From: Callorhinchus milii
Lineage: Eukaryota
DNA length: 64,000 nt
Assembly (NCBI RefSeq): GCF_018977255.1
Contig: NW_024704742.1
Span: 117,740,001-117,804,000 of the forward strand
Direction: 5' to 3'
The notes under the pieces: generated by a model
Told to the model about the DNA's origin: nothing
The model's database searches: none
Seen by the model: the letters and a program-made list of their open reading frames with translations, nothing else
In this document: piece by piece, positions 1-11,994 of the stretch
Numbering within the stretch: the stretch's first letter is position 1
Layout of the letters: each line of letters opens with the position of its first letter
Translations under genes and position numbers: made by a program

Positions 1-170
1 GAATGACCAATTTTATTTGAGGGATTGTTGACCAAGTCATCGGGAAAAAATTCCTAACTTTTGTCATGGCATCTTTAATGTCCACCTGAATGGGAAGACA
101 GGACAGTTTAACCCCTCACCCAACAGATGGCACCTCTAACAATGAGCACTCCCCCAGTATTGTAGCGTGT
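1..170 (-). mobile_element. Deu-domain SINE (SacSINE1-like) fragment
   Basis: Reverse complement matches the Deu core seen in other copies (caggtggacattaaagatgccatg; ggtcattc). Confidence 0.6.
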
Positions 171-882
171 GTTATTCCATCTTAGTCAAAATGAAGTGAC
201 AACATTTCAGTTTTAAATTCTAGACCAGCTTTTAATCAATTATTTTAGTATCTGGTGAAGAACCCTGGGATCTCCCTGGCAATGTCTGAATTGTCCAATT
301 GAGGCTCGAAGCCTCTGAACGAGCAGGAAAATTAGATTTCAGGCTTGGGTTGAGCAGCGATTCTGTGTTCCTTTGCCAGATAATGTCTGAAAAAGAATTA
401 TTAAACAAAATAAATAAATTTAAAAGTACCGGATTCCTTAAAAGTCATTCTAAAGGTTAGAATTTAAAAGTGAAATACCTTCTCATTGTTTAAACCATGA
501 TAGTGTGGAAAGAGCTGAAATGAAAGAGATGGGAGAAACTATTCTCCAGAGGTCAGAGGGGTATTCAACCCCAAGCAATCGTTTGGTCTTAAATAAAAAA
601 CTACCTCAGATTCTCTTCTGGTAACAGCTGTTGCACAGCAATAGTTATCATGTCGGATGGTTATAAACTCTGCAGATACTGAGAAATCCAGAAATCGAAT
701 TATCTCAAGAGATATTCCATCAAATCAGTATTTATTTTTTTACATGCCAGGAAGCATCGTGAAAAGAAACATAAACTTGGCAGTAGTCTTGAAACTTCTT
801 CACTGTCATATCCACCATTTGGTGCCTCTAGGTTTTGGACAGTAAGAATAAAAGAAAAAAAAGTGCTTAACAGTGTGGTCTG

Positions 883-1032
883 CTGAAGACCTTTCTTTTC
901 GACTGCGCCTTTGGTCACCTTCCCCCCCCCCTCCCCCGGCTCGGTTCCGGGATCCATTTTCTGTGAAGCGCTCTGAGACACCGTCCGGCGTGGAGGGCGC
1001 TATATAAATCCAAGTTGTTGTTTTTGTTGTTG
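883..1032 (+). mobile_element. L2 LINE 3' end
   Basis: LKTFLFD-coding end, conserved 3' stem-loop (agcgctctgagac...ggagggcgctatataaat) and (TTG)n tail. Confidence 0.85.
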
Positions 1033-2263
1033 ATTAGTCTAATTTGCTATTTTTTCTTGCTTGATTCTTTAATAACGATTCTGAGCCACAAATAGCAACT
1101 ATTTCCAGTTATCTGGAGTATGGAACGCCATCTCACAGGAACTTCACTGTGGCTAACCTTCTGACTCAGATGCGACTCTCAACTAAGCCAATCTGATATC
1201 AAAGATTCCCTGTAGAAGACAACAGACAATTTGGACTCCAGTTACATCAACAAAGTATACTATGCTTGACATTAAACATAATTTGTGAAAACATTTCATG
1301 TCATGATAAAATGTTCATGAAAAGTTCTGTACAAGATCATTTGTGTTTTCTTACTTGTACTCATATATGCAGTATACAAATGAAGCATGAAGCATAGGGT
1401 GGGAGTGTTTTTTTTCACAGGAACGTTTTTTTGTCAATTATTAATGACTACATTTTCCATCTGTTCATGATATCATAGGGTGCAGTTGACAGTGCTGTTT
1501 GTCTTAGGTATATTATATTTCTGCTTTATGATTATTGCTGTCAGTTCATTTAAACATTACTTCCATCAAATCTGAATTTCGTGCATTGACTTCATGACTG
1601 ACAACAAATTGTTTTCAAAATGTAAAACACTGTATACTTAAAGTGGAAGTCTGGTGAAAAGGGCTGATGAGAACATCCCCTGGTTCACATATAATAACTT
1701 TACATGATATGAAGCCTCTTCATTTTCGTTAGTTCATCCAAAGTGTTCTTTATAGATGAAGTGAATTGGAGGTCATGAACAGTTTACACGAATAGTTTCC
1801 AAACTGGTGAACAAACAGGAGTGTATTTAAACACGCTGTCCTATTATTTGCTAAAATTCTCTCACTCCAATGTAATGTTAGCTGGTTTTAAAACATTGAA
1901 ATCCTACTGCTAAATACATGATGAAAGTTATTAACCTCAGTGAACTCTATAAACATGAAAAATCAATACTGTAGGCTATTTGCCAATTTTCTTATCTTTT
2001 AGAAAGTTTAAAATATTTTGGTTGAGGTCATTTTTGCTTTAGCTACTTTTTCCTTTCAATTGTTTGCTGTGTATATATTCTAACAGGATATTTGGCATCA
2101 CTTGTGGAGGATTTAGTGAATTTGCTGCAAGATATTTAGGAAAGTCAGAACCATAGAGAGATTTACTAGGATGATAACAAGGATGAGTGCTTTGATATAT
2201 GTGTAGAGACGAGAGGAATTGGATGTATTTTCATTGGAACAGAAAAGGATGAGGGGAGATCTG

Positions 2264-2492
2264 ATAATAATAAAATAATAATCCTTGCATTTGATATAGC
2301 GCTTTTCACGTCCTCTAGACGTCCCAAAGCGCTTCACAGAATGTACTGTAAAGTGAATTGACTGTATATTTGTGGGCGAACGCGGCAGCCAATTGCGCAC
2401 AGCAATGTCCCACAAACAGTCATGGATTGAAAATGACCAATTTATTATTGTTTTGTTTTTTGTAGGGATTAATATTAGGCGTGTGGAGTAGG
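2264..2492 (-). mobile_element. tRNA-derived SINE, short form, 5'-truncated
   Basis: Near identical to the 3' two-thirds of the copy at 10501-10828; (ATT)n tail. Confidence 0.85.
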
Positions 2493-2493
2493 A

Positions 2494-2625
2494 AAAGGTC
2501 TTTAAAATTACGAGGGGCTTTGATAGAGTAGACAGGGAGAAATACTTCCTCTGGTTGGTGGGTCAGTGACTGGAAGGTATCAAATTAAGATGATTAGCAA
2601 GGGAGCAAAGGGGAAGATTGTGAGC
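2494..2625 (+). mobile_element. CR1 LINE ORF2 C-terminal fragment
   Basis: Reads VFKITRGFDRVDREK..., homologous to the CR1 copy at 42372-42830. Confidence 0.75.
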
Positions 2626-2631
2626 ATTATT

Positions 2632-2937
2632 TAATAATCCTTGCATTTGATACAGCACCTTACCACATCTTCAAGACGTCTCAAAGCGCTTCACAGAATA
2701 TCCTGCAAATTGTAGTGACTGTGTTTTGTGGGCGAAACGCGGCAGCCAATTGCGCACAGCAGCATCCCACAAACAGTCGTGGATTGGGTGACCAAATTTA
2801 TTATTACTATTTTTTGAAGGGATTATTACCACCGGAAAGTAAACCACCAATCGACTAAGAAGCGGGTTCCTACTTACTGTTACGTAACAGAGGCATGTGT
2901 GTATGTGGAGTAAGGAAACTTGTCTAAGGTTTCGCCT
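2632..2937 (-). mobile_element. tRNA-derived SINE, long form, head truncated
   Basis: Contains the internal segment (tgcctctgttacgtaacagtaagtaggaacc...tagtcgattgg on the minus strand) shared with the copy at 15302-15672. Confidence 0.8.
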
Positions 2938-2971
2938 TGTTTTAGTTGGTTTGACTCCAGCAATACCCCAA

Positions 2972-3958
2972 TCATCCACAGACATGGGGTCAACTTCCAT
3001 ATGTATGCAGGTGACACTCAACTCTATCTTTCTGCCTCCACCCTCAGCTCCAGGACCACTGCTGTCCTGACAGACTGCCTGTCGGACATCAAGTCCTGAA
3101 TGTCAACAGGACTGAGGCCCTCCTGATTGGCTCGTGACAGCACCCCTGCTCTGGCAGCATCAACCTCCATGGTTGCACACTACAACTCACCAAGCCAGTC
3201 AGGAACCTAGGTCTCTTGTTCGACCCTCAACGTCTTTTCTTCCCCACATTCAAGCCATGACCTGCTCTGCCTTCCCTCACCTCCATAACATCGCCAGTCT
3301 CTGCCACTACCTCACCCCTCAGGCCGCTGAAACTCTTGTTCATGCCTTTATCACCTCCAGGCTCAACTATGCAAACGCCCTGCTTGTCGGCCTTCCCAAC
3401 TCCTCCCTCCACAGGTTGCAGATCATCCAGAACTCTGGAGCCCGTGTCCTCTCCCGCGCCAAACTCCGTGACCCCCATCTCCCCCACTCTCGCCCGACTC
3501 CACTGGCTCCCTATCCTTCAGAGAATCCAGTTCATGATCCTGGTCCTCATCTACAAAGCCCTCCATGGCCTCGCCCCACCCTTCCTCTGTGACCTCCTAA
3601 ACCCCTACCAACCCGCCCACTCCCTCCGCTCAGCCGTCTCTGGCCTGCTCCACGTCCCCTGACCCACCCGCCCCACCATTGGCAGGAGAGCCTTCAGCCA
3701 CTCTGCCCCCAACCTCTGGAATGCCATCCCCCAATCACTCCGCCTCGCCCCCTCCTTAGCCTCCTTCAAGTCCCGCCTCAAAAGCATCCTCTTCGACCAT
3801 GCGATCGGCCACCCCTTTCCCCTCCCTTCCCTTCTCCTGCCCTGCCCTGACCCCAGCTCAGGTCTGAAATGCCGTACACAGTCCAGCACCTTGGGACATC
3901 CTCCCGATGTGAAAGGCTCTATACAAAGGTAATCTTGTTGTTGTTGTTGTTGTTGTTG
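2972..3958 (+). mobile_element. L2 LINE, 5'-truncated and frameshifted
   Basis: [17 protein letters not shown] motif, HAFITSRLNYANALL, LHWLP, 3' stem-loop and (TTG)n tail. Confidence 0.92.
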
Positions 3959-4105
3959 TACTTTCTGTAATTAGGTAAACAGGATACATCCCTCCGGGGA
4001 GAGAGTGTGCATACCATTCCAACAATCTGTCTCTGGGATTTCCATGTGTAGGTGGGATGCATGGAAATCTCAGCTTGGTTTGGATACTCTTAAGCATTGG
4101 ATAGG

Positions 4106-4950
4106 CCAGGGCTCCCTCTGCCTCCTTGTCCTCTTGGACCTCTCCACCGCTTTTGACACAGTCGATCACGCCATCCTCCTCCACTGCCTTTCCTCCATTC
4201 TCCACCTCAGTCCTACCTCACGAACCGCCAGCAGTACATCTGCACAAATGGCTTTACTTCCCGCTCTCACCCGGTTATCTGCGGGGTACCCCAAGGATCC
4301 ATCCTTGCCCCCTCATCTTCCTAATCTATATGCTCCCTCTTGGGGATGTCATCTGCAGACATGGGGTACACTTCCACATGTATGTGGACGACACCCAACT
4401 CTATTTTTCCACCTTACTTTGTGACCCCCCAGTCCCCTGATGTTCTGTCAGCCTGCCTGTCTGACATCAGGAGCTGGCATTCTTACCCGCACCAAACTCC
4501 GTTCCCCGATTACCCCAGTCCTTGCCAAACTGCACTGGCTGCCTGTCCCAGAGAGGATCGACTTCAAGATCCTCACCCTTGTCTTCAAATCCCCCCATCT
4601 TCTGCACTCCCCTACCTCTGACCTCCTCTCTCCTCACACAGTGCCTGTTGCCTTTGCTAAACTGTGTCTGGCCTCCTCCTTGTCCCCGAATCCTCCGCTC
4701 CACCATCAGCAGCCATGCCTTCAGTCACTATGCCCCGAGGCTCTGGAACTCCCTTTCTCACTGCCTTCGCCTCGTCCCCTCTCTTCCTATTTTCAGGTCT
4801 CAGCTGAAGACCTTTCTTTTCGACCGCGCCTTTGGTCACCTTCCTCCCCCTTCCCCTGGCTCGGCCCCGGGATCCGTTACTGTCAAGCGTTCTGAGACGC
4901 CGTCCGGCATGGAGGGCGCTATATAAATTCAAGTTGTTGTTGTTGTTGTT
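4106..4950 (+). mobile_element. L2 LINE, 5'-truncated and internally deleted, with 6-bp TSD GATAGG
   Basis: [40 protein letters not shown] and (TTG)n tail. GATAGG occurs at 4100-4105 and 4951-4956. Confidence 0.92.
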
Positions 4951-5304
4951 GATAGGTTTCCGAATGTGTCAGACACTCCCTGACCAAAAAAAAAATTGAT
5001 GTCTGGAAACCTGGCGGATCAGCTCCATGAGAGATGACTTCTGCTTGTGATCATTCGTATCTTCAATTCTCCATAAAACCTAGAAACAAAATAGTGCAGA
5101 TATGCTTTGGTTCAATGCAAACATATGCACAGCAATGAACTTGATGGTAACGGCTTATCTTCTATCTGATCAAAGGTGTGGTAGGGCCATCTTCCATGAG
5201 ATCATGATACAGGCAGCAGTATTTGAGATGTTAACAAACACTATATATTCTTACACTTCTGTGATGACACAGTACCTGATAGCAGCACCAGGTGTTACAG
5301 GCTA

Positions 5305-5540
5305 TAGTTTCGAATCCTGGTCTGTACTGAGCTGTCTGACCTTAGAAGGGATAGGACCTGGTTGTGAAACCCACTGCTCCTCACACATTTCCTGGTAGAG
5401 ACTATCAAAGCAAATAGATACATTAATTATCACCATTTGCATGAAGCACCAGAGGGTAATTAGAGCCCTGGAACCATACTCCATTGGAAGAGAAAAGTTG
5501 TCAAATACTTTGAGGAAAGGAGGGGAAAAAATTAGAGGAT
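5305..5540 (+). mobile_element. AmnSINE2-like ancient SINE, centrally deleted
   Basis: tcgaatcctggtctgtactgag head and ggaaccatactcca...aggaggggaaaaaatt tail resemble the AmnSINE2 consensus as I remember it. Related pieces at 17775, 40780 and 45935. Confidence 0.45.
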
Positions 5541-6085
5541 AAAAAATTGGCAGAGAGAAAAAGACATGTTTACACCAGGAGCACAGGAACATTCCAGGTA
5601 TCCAAATATAGAATTTACCCCTATATGCTGAACTAAGGATAGTGGGACAACAACAACTTGTTATTAATATAGCACCCTTCATTTAGGGTAGCATTTCGGA
5701 TTGATAGAGCATAATATCCAGCAAAACAAATTAGCGACCTGGAAGTGAATGAACATCTGGGGCCAATGAACAAATGAACAAAGGAATGGCAAATGGATTT
5801 TAATATGAGTTAAGATGAGGCATATTCAAAGGAGAAATAGCAGTCATGTGAGGAGGGGAGAAAAAAAGAGAAAATTGGTAAATATTAACTACTTAATATT
5901 AACATTACTTAACTTAAGGAAATATTTACTGTCAATAAATACGTTTTTGACAGAATATTTATTGTTAGTATCAACAAATTTTCCATTCATAATCCAAATA
6001 CAATGTGACCCCACTATATTCTGTTTCTGTTTTGTGTGGGTTTATATATAACATATGAACACCCACAGAATATGAAACTGAGGAT

Positions 6086-6119
6086 ATCCTCATAGACATC
6101 ATCCTCATAGACATCATCC
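6086..6119. repeat. 15-bp tandem duplication (atcctcatagacatc x2.3)
   Basis: Directly visible. Confidence 0.9.
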
Positions 6120-6344
6120 ATTATGCTGGATTCCTCCATACGGTATGTAGGCACAGAAAGTCTCCTGATATCAACAGCATCCCCAGACATTTTTGGAAAT
6201 ATTCACAATTTAACTATTTTTCACAGTTCTGAACGATCTTAAAACTAAAATGTTTTTTATTGTTAGGATTAGGATTAACATTTGGCTGGATATTCCAGCT
6301 AGCCGGACAGGATCTCCCCCATCAGTTTGGTTAGCTGGGGGTTG

Positions 6345-6630
6345 ATTGTATTAGGCATGGATTGGCCAGAGCCAAGGGGAGACACAAGATTGTGTGTTGG
6401 GTTACTGCTGGAGTCCAACTAGCTAAAACTGAAGCATGTCATTGTCTGGCAAGGTTTCCCACTGCTTGGCTAGCTATAAACACCTACCAGTTAGGGCTTT
6501 GGCTTGCAGGGTTAACAGGAGCTGAATTGGAAGAATCCCCACCCCTAGCGACTGGTCTGCTCTTCCAAGTCCTGCTGATGAGTCAGGCTGTCTGAGCTGT
6601 CATCAGTAGTGCCCTGGAATACTGCAGACC
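6345..6630 (+). repeat. Unclassified interspersed repeat (copy of 62040-62541, opposite orientation)
   Basis: Collinear blocks shared with the reverse complement of 62040-62300, e.g. tgtctggcaagg?ttcccactgcttg and tgtcatcag?agtg?c?tg. Confidence 0.8.
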
Positions 6631-6759
6631 CGCCTGGTTCAGGAACTGGATTACCAAGACCATCACAGAGATCAGAGATTATGACATTCCATTGCCATAC
6701 AAAGCTACTTTGGAGCTAGTTCAGCTCCAAGAAGACCCCATGCCCCACCAAAGGGATAG

Positions 6760-7680
6760 TCACCGCAGACACGGGGTAAACTTCCACATGTATGCGGACG
6801 ACACACTTTGTGTCTACTTTGCCTCCTCCAGCTGCGACTCCAGGTCCGCCGATGTTCTATCAGCTTGTCAGGCAAACATCAAGACCTGGATGAGTGCAAA
6901 CTTTGTGCAGCTCAATGTGGACAAGATGGAAGCCATACTCCTTGGCTCCCATCAACATCTTCACTCCTGCGGATCTGAACTCCTCATCCTCCCTGGGCTC
7001 TCCCTCAGACTCAACAAATCAGTGCGCAATCTAGGCACCCGCTTCGACCCCCAGCTGTCCTTCCTTCCCTGTATCCAGTCCGTGACCAGGACCCCTTCAT
7101 CCACCTCCGCCACATTACTCCTAATGCAGCCGAAATCCTCATGCAGGCGTTTGTCATCTCTCACCTGGATTACTCAAATGCACTCCTCACTAATCTCCCC
7201 AGCTCCACTTTTCAAAAAAGCCAGCTCATTCAGAACTCTGCCGCCCACATACTGACCTGGACCAAACTCCTTACCCACATCTCACCGGCTCTGGCCAGGC
7301 TCCACTGGTTCCCCATCACCGAATGGATCGACTCACAGGCACCTCCCTACCTCTCCGACCTCCTCACTCCCCAACCTACCACCCGGCGCTTCCGCTCGAC
7401 TGGTGCCAACCTCCTGCTTATCCCTCACACCCTCCACTCCACCATTGGCAGTCACACATTCAGCCACTCTTCTACGAAACTCTGGAAAACTCTCCCTCAA
7501 TCCCTCTGCCTTGTCCCCTCTCTCCTTTTTTCAAGTCCTGCCTGAAAACCATCCTTTTCGGATGGTTACGTGCTTACGGTCATCTCCTGCCCCGACTCGG
7601 AGTCAGGCTCCGCCATTGTTAAGTGCTCTGAAATGCTACCCTGCATGGAGGGCGCTATATAAGTACAAGTTGTTGTTGTC
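6760..7680 (+). mobile_element. L2 LINE 3' portion
   Basis: [37 protein letters not shown], 3' tail. Confidence 0.92.
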
Positions 7681-8939
7681 ATTAGTTGGTTATTTGACAT
7701 CCAACAAGTGTGGTTGAGCCTTCATACTCTGTCGAAACATATAGGCATCAAAACTGTATCAAGCTTCACCACTGTTAAGATCTCCAAGACACTACCCCAT
7801 GTGAAGGGCATAATATAAATGCAAATTGTTGTTGTTGTATCTGGATTTATTGCCCCAATAGAAAGTGTTGCAAATGGACTCTGACAAATTTATGACATTT
7901 CAGGCAATTCAACCCCTTTATAGAGAAATATGGCTCAGAAAGGTGGTCAGTCATAGAGCAGAAACTCAAAGCATTCCCCTCCTCCCTAATGGAAGTCTCT
8001 TTTACAGCATAATCACCCTCGAAAGGCATATAACTCAAGCAATAGAATTCTGTTTTGATGACTTGACCTACTAATCGGTAAGCAATGTATCACCTGGATA
8101 TTGTGCCGTGTTTATAAATGTACTTTGCAGATTGCATTACATCCATTAAATCCATTGTGTTGTCATTGCAAACTGCAATAAACCAATGCTAAAAAGACTG
8201 AAGATAAGTATAAACTTGGAATATACTCTATGTTGATGTCACAAACCCAGTGGAATCGATATGGGAAAAGGTTGGAGCTATTTGTTGTCTTTCTGATTAT
8301 TTTAAATGTTCTATTCCCCTTATGTCACATTCATCCATTTAAACCTTTGATCTATTGGATGTTCAATCTGTGATTGTTTAGGTGTAATCTGTTTCATCTG
8401 GATATGCTCTGTATGATATTTCTGGTCTCAGAAGCGTACTTTAATAATAATCCTAATCCTTGAATTTGATAGAGCACTTTTCATGCGAGGAAGATATGCT
8501 TCACAGAATTTTCTGTACAGCACAACCATTTTGTAGGCGAATGCAGCAGGTAATTTACACACAGCATTAAAATAAAAATTAAAATGTTTAGATAATTTTG
8601 ATACAAATTGATCATTTGGCTTTAAGCATTACAGTTAAGTATTACTAAAACACTTGATAATTTTAACACGTTGATTGAGATAGTTCATAAAGCATGCCTA
8701 GTGAGCATAACATGTGGCATCATGGTGATTAATGGGTGCCTGAGGCCTGAACATTACCTTGTCTTAACCTGTAAACCATCTTATCTTAAATTTCAAATCG
8801 GGTAAAATTGTGGTAGATTCTTTAATTCAGTCTTGATTTGGAAGTTGGTTTTGTGCCTTTCTTAACATTTAATACTGTTTGTTACAATACAAACTATCAA
8901 TATTACTTAGACTGTAATAGGGTAAAGTTCCTGGATTGT

Positions 8940-9200
8940 TAGCAGAAGCATCAGGGGAGAGGTTTCAAGGAATTTATTCATTTAGAAGGTTGTTAAGGTG
9001 TGGGATTCAATATCATAAGTGGCTGAGGGAATGGATCAATACAATCATTCAGAAGAGAACCTGAGAAATAAAAATATTAAAGGATATTGGAAAAAAGTAG
9101 GAAAGTGGGAATATTAAAAAAGGTGATTTAAAAACCTGAGATAGCAATGGCACAAGATTTGATGGGCCAAGTGGCTTCCTTCTGTGCTGAAAATTTCTCT
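8940..9200 (+). mobile_element. CR1 LINE 3' end, old
   Basis: gaaggttgttaaggtgtgggattc and gatgggccaagtggcttccttctgtgctg, the typical CR1 3' hairpin region. Confidence 0.65.
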
Positions 9201-9254
9201 GTCAAAAACAAAGGTGCTTCGTTGCTTTAAAATAATCTGGCCAAGTTGTGGTCA

Positions 9255-10403
9255 ACACAGTCGATCAAGCCATCTTCCTCCACCACTTTTCCTCCCTCAT
9301 CCACCTTAGTGGGACTGCACTCACATGATTCGAGTCCTACTTAACTGCCAGAACTTCATCTCAGCCAGGGTACCCAGGGCTCCATCCTTGGCACTCTTCT
9401 TTTCCTCATCTACATGCTCCCTCTCACCAATATCATACGCAGATATGGGATCAACTTCCACACGTATGCGAATGACACCCAAATCTACTTCTCCACCTCC
9501 AGGTGCAACTCCCAGTCTGCTGATGTCTTATCAACTTGTTTGACGGACATCAAGGCTTAGATGAGCACAAATTTCCTGCAGCTGAATATCGGCAAGATGG
9601 AAGCTATACTCTTTGTCTCCCATCAACGTCTTCTCTCCTGCGGGTCTGATCTCCTCAACCTCCCCAGTCTCTCCTTCAGACTCTTCAAACCCATGCACAA
9701 CTTAGGTGCACAACGGAATGTCAATCCCCAGCTTTCCATTCTACCACACATCTGCTTCCTGACCAGGACCGCTTTTTTCTACTTCCGTCACATTGCCCGC
9801 CTCCGACCACACTTCACAACGGAAGCAGCTGAACACCTCATCCACGCCTTTGTCACTTCCCGGTTGGACTATTCCAATGCCCTCGATGGTCTCCTCAGTT
9901 CCAACGTACACAAAATCCAATTAATTAAAAACTCCACTGCCCGGATACTCACCCGCACAAAATTCTGTACCCCCATCACACCAGTCCTTGCCAGGATCCA
10001 CTGGCTCCCAATCACCGAACAGATCGATTTCAAGATCGTCTCACTCGTTTACAAATCACTTAATTCCCTCGCACCTTCCTACCTATCCGACCTGCTTATC
10101 CCCCACTCCACCACCTCCGCTCGGCTGGCTCTGGCCTCCTATTTGTCGCTCGTGCCCCCATTCTACCATTGGTGGCCGTGCCTTCAGCCACTGTGCCCCA
10201 AAATACTGGAAGCTCTCTCCCTAAATCCTTCCGCCTTGCTCCCTCCCTCCCTCCACACCTAAAGACCTTCCTTTTTGATCGTGGTTACGGTCACCTTCCC
10301 CCTCGTTCTGCCCCTGGCTCACTGTCAGACTCCGTCACTGTGAAGCGCTCCAGGCCGCTACCCGGTTTGAAAGGCGCCGTATAAATGCAAGTTGCTGTTG
10401 TTG
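9255..10403 (+). mobile_element. L2 LINE 3' portion (233-aa ORF remnant at 9561-10262)
   Basis: NFLQLNIGKMEAILF, HAFVTSRLDYSNA, IHWLPITEQIDFK, 3' tail. Confidence 0.92.
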
Positions 10404-10500
10404 AGATAATTGATCTATATATATAAAAAAAAGACATTTTCCACTCCGGTAAAAAGTATTAAAATTTCTTGGGGTTAAATTTAATGTGAGATTTTCCATT

Positions 10501-10828
10501 GGAGTCCTGTAGCTCAGTGGTTAGAGCACTTGCTTTGCAAGCAAGACACCTGGGTTCAATTCCAGGCAGGGCGAAACCTTGGGCAAGTTTCCTTACTCCA
10601 CACACCTAATAATAATCCCTCCAAAACCCCAAACAATAATAAATTGGTCATTTTCAATCTACGACTGTTTGTGGGACATTGCTGTGCGCAATTGGCTGCC
10701 GCGTTCGCCCACAAATATACAGTCAATTCACTTTACAGTATATTCTGTGAAGCGCTTTGGGACGTCCTCCCGACGTGAAAAGCGCTATATCAAATGCAAG
10801 GATTATTATTATTATTATTATTATTATT
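10501..10828 (+). mobile_element. Full-length young tRNA-Ala-like SINE, short form (resembles elephant-shark SINE2-1_CM from memory)
   Basis: Pol III A box TAGCTCAGTGG, B box GGTTCAATTCC, TGC anticodon-like loop, Deu-like body, L2-like 3' stem-loop and (ATT)n tail. Confidence 0.9.
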
Positions 10829-11039
10829 TAGGAATGACCCAATGAAGTGTTATGCTGGATACATCCAGCAAACATAGCAAAGCAACCAGAGGGACACTAG
10901 GACCTGAAGGGCTGGTTCGAAGTGGGAGGAGAAGGCTGAAGATACAGAACTTCTGTTTGAAGGAAATCTGAATTCCCAGGATTAAAGGTGTAGCCAGACT
11001 GTTAGAAGGTAGAGGAGCACTGGGCACAGTGTAAGACAC

Positions 11040-11180
11040 ATGCCCACGAAAAATGGTTGGTCTTTGTCGGCGTGTGAGGGAGTAACTAAGCGAGGCCGGA
11101 GTGAAGGTATACTTTGGATCCAGTGTAAACTTTTCTCCAGTAAAATTAGAATGAATGTGGACAACGGACCGCACAAGGAG
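11040..11180 (+). CDS. Candidate alternative first coding exon of PDE8B (MNVDNGPHKE from ATG 11151, or 47 aa from ATG 11040)
   Basis: Open frame ending GAG|GTGAGT (consensus donor, phase 0, same phase as exon 1). Acceptor-like ttttctccag ends at 11140. Locally CpG-enriched non-repeat sequence. Confidence 0.3.
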
Positions 11181-11328
11181 GTGAGTGGAGCTCGTGGGTC
11201 ATCTTAAATACTGACTCAACACACAGCAAATCTCGGTGTGAGAGCGTCACATCAAAACGTCTGATGTTATCAAAACATTTATCGATGTGTATGGAATGTT
11301 GTTTGTGTGTTGGGGTTGGGGGTGACAC

Positions 11329-11350
11329 AGAGAGAGAGAGAGAGAGAGAG
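11329..11350. repeat. (GA)n microsatellite
   Basis: Directly visible. Confidence 0.95.
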
Positions 11351-11994
11351 ATTGATATTGATAGTACAGGATTTTAAAGGTCTCCTTTGAGATCTGTTGA
11401 AGATGCACCAGATTTGACATTTCCTCAAAACAGCCAAAGTCACAGTGTTAAATACTATACCCTGGTCCGGGGAAGAGGAACATAGTTGTATTTAACTTTA
11501 AACCCAGAGCACTCACAAAAAACATTCTTACATCATCCAGGAGATATTCCACCCTTAATTATCCCAGGCTGCAAAGGTTGGCAACATGTAGCAATTTATT
11601 GTAACAAACAAAGATAAATAAACATCTTTAGATCTGTATACAAATACCTTCTACTCGTTACTGAATTCACTTTTTTTTTAAATCATTTGTGTTTCTTTGA
11701 TTTCCCGGATTCATTTTAAGTCTAATTATGAATCATTTTTCCCAATAAGAGTCTAAATGTTTCACGTTTACTTCTGTTATAAAGGCTAAAAGTTGATGGG
11801 TGCATTAGTTAAATGAAATTTTGTGATATTCAATCAAAATACTGTATGATATGCCACAAAAGTACAAAGCGGAATACTTGCTTTAATACAGTATGAAATA
11901 ATTGAACTTGGTTGTTGCTTGACGCCATGGATGTTGGAATGGTTTTTAGTTTTTATTTTACCCTCCAAAGCAATCGTTATTGACCCCTTTATTA

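Noticed and set aside
6572..6610. CTGATGAG as a hammerhead ribozyme
   Set aside because: No GAAA after a stem II; the sequence instead pairs with tcatcag as a plain hairpin.
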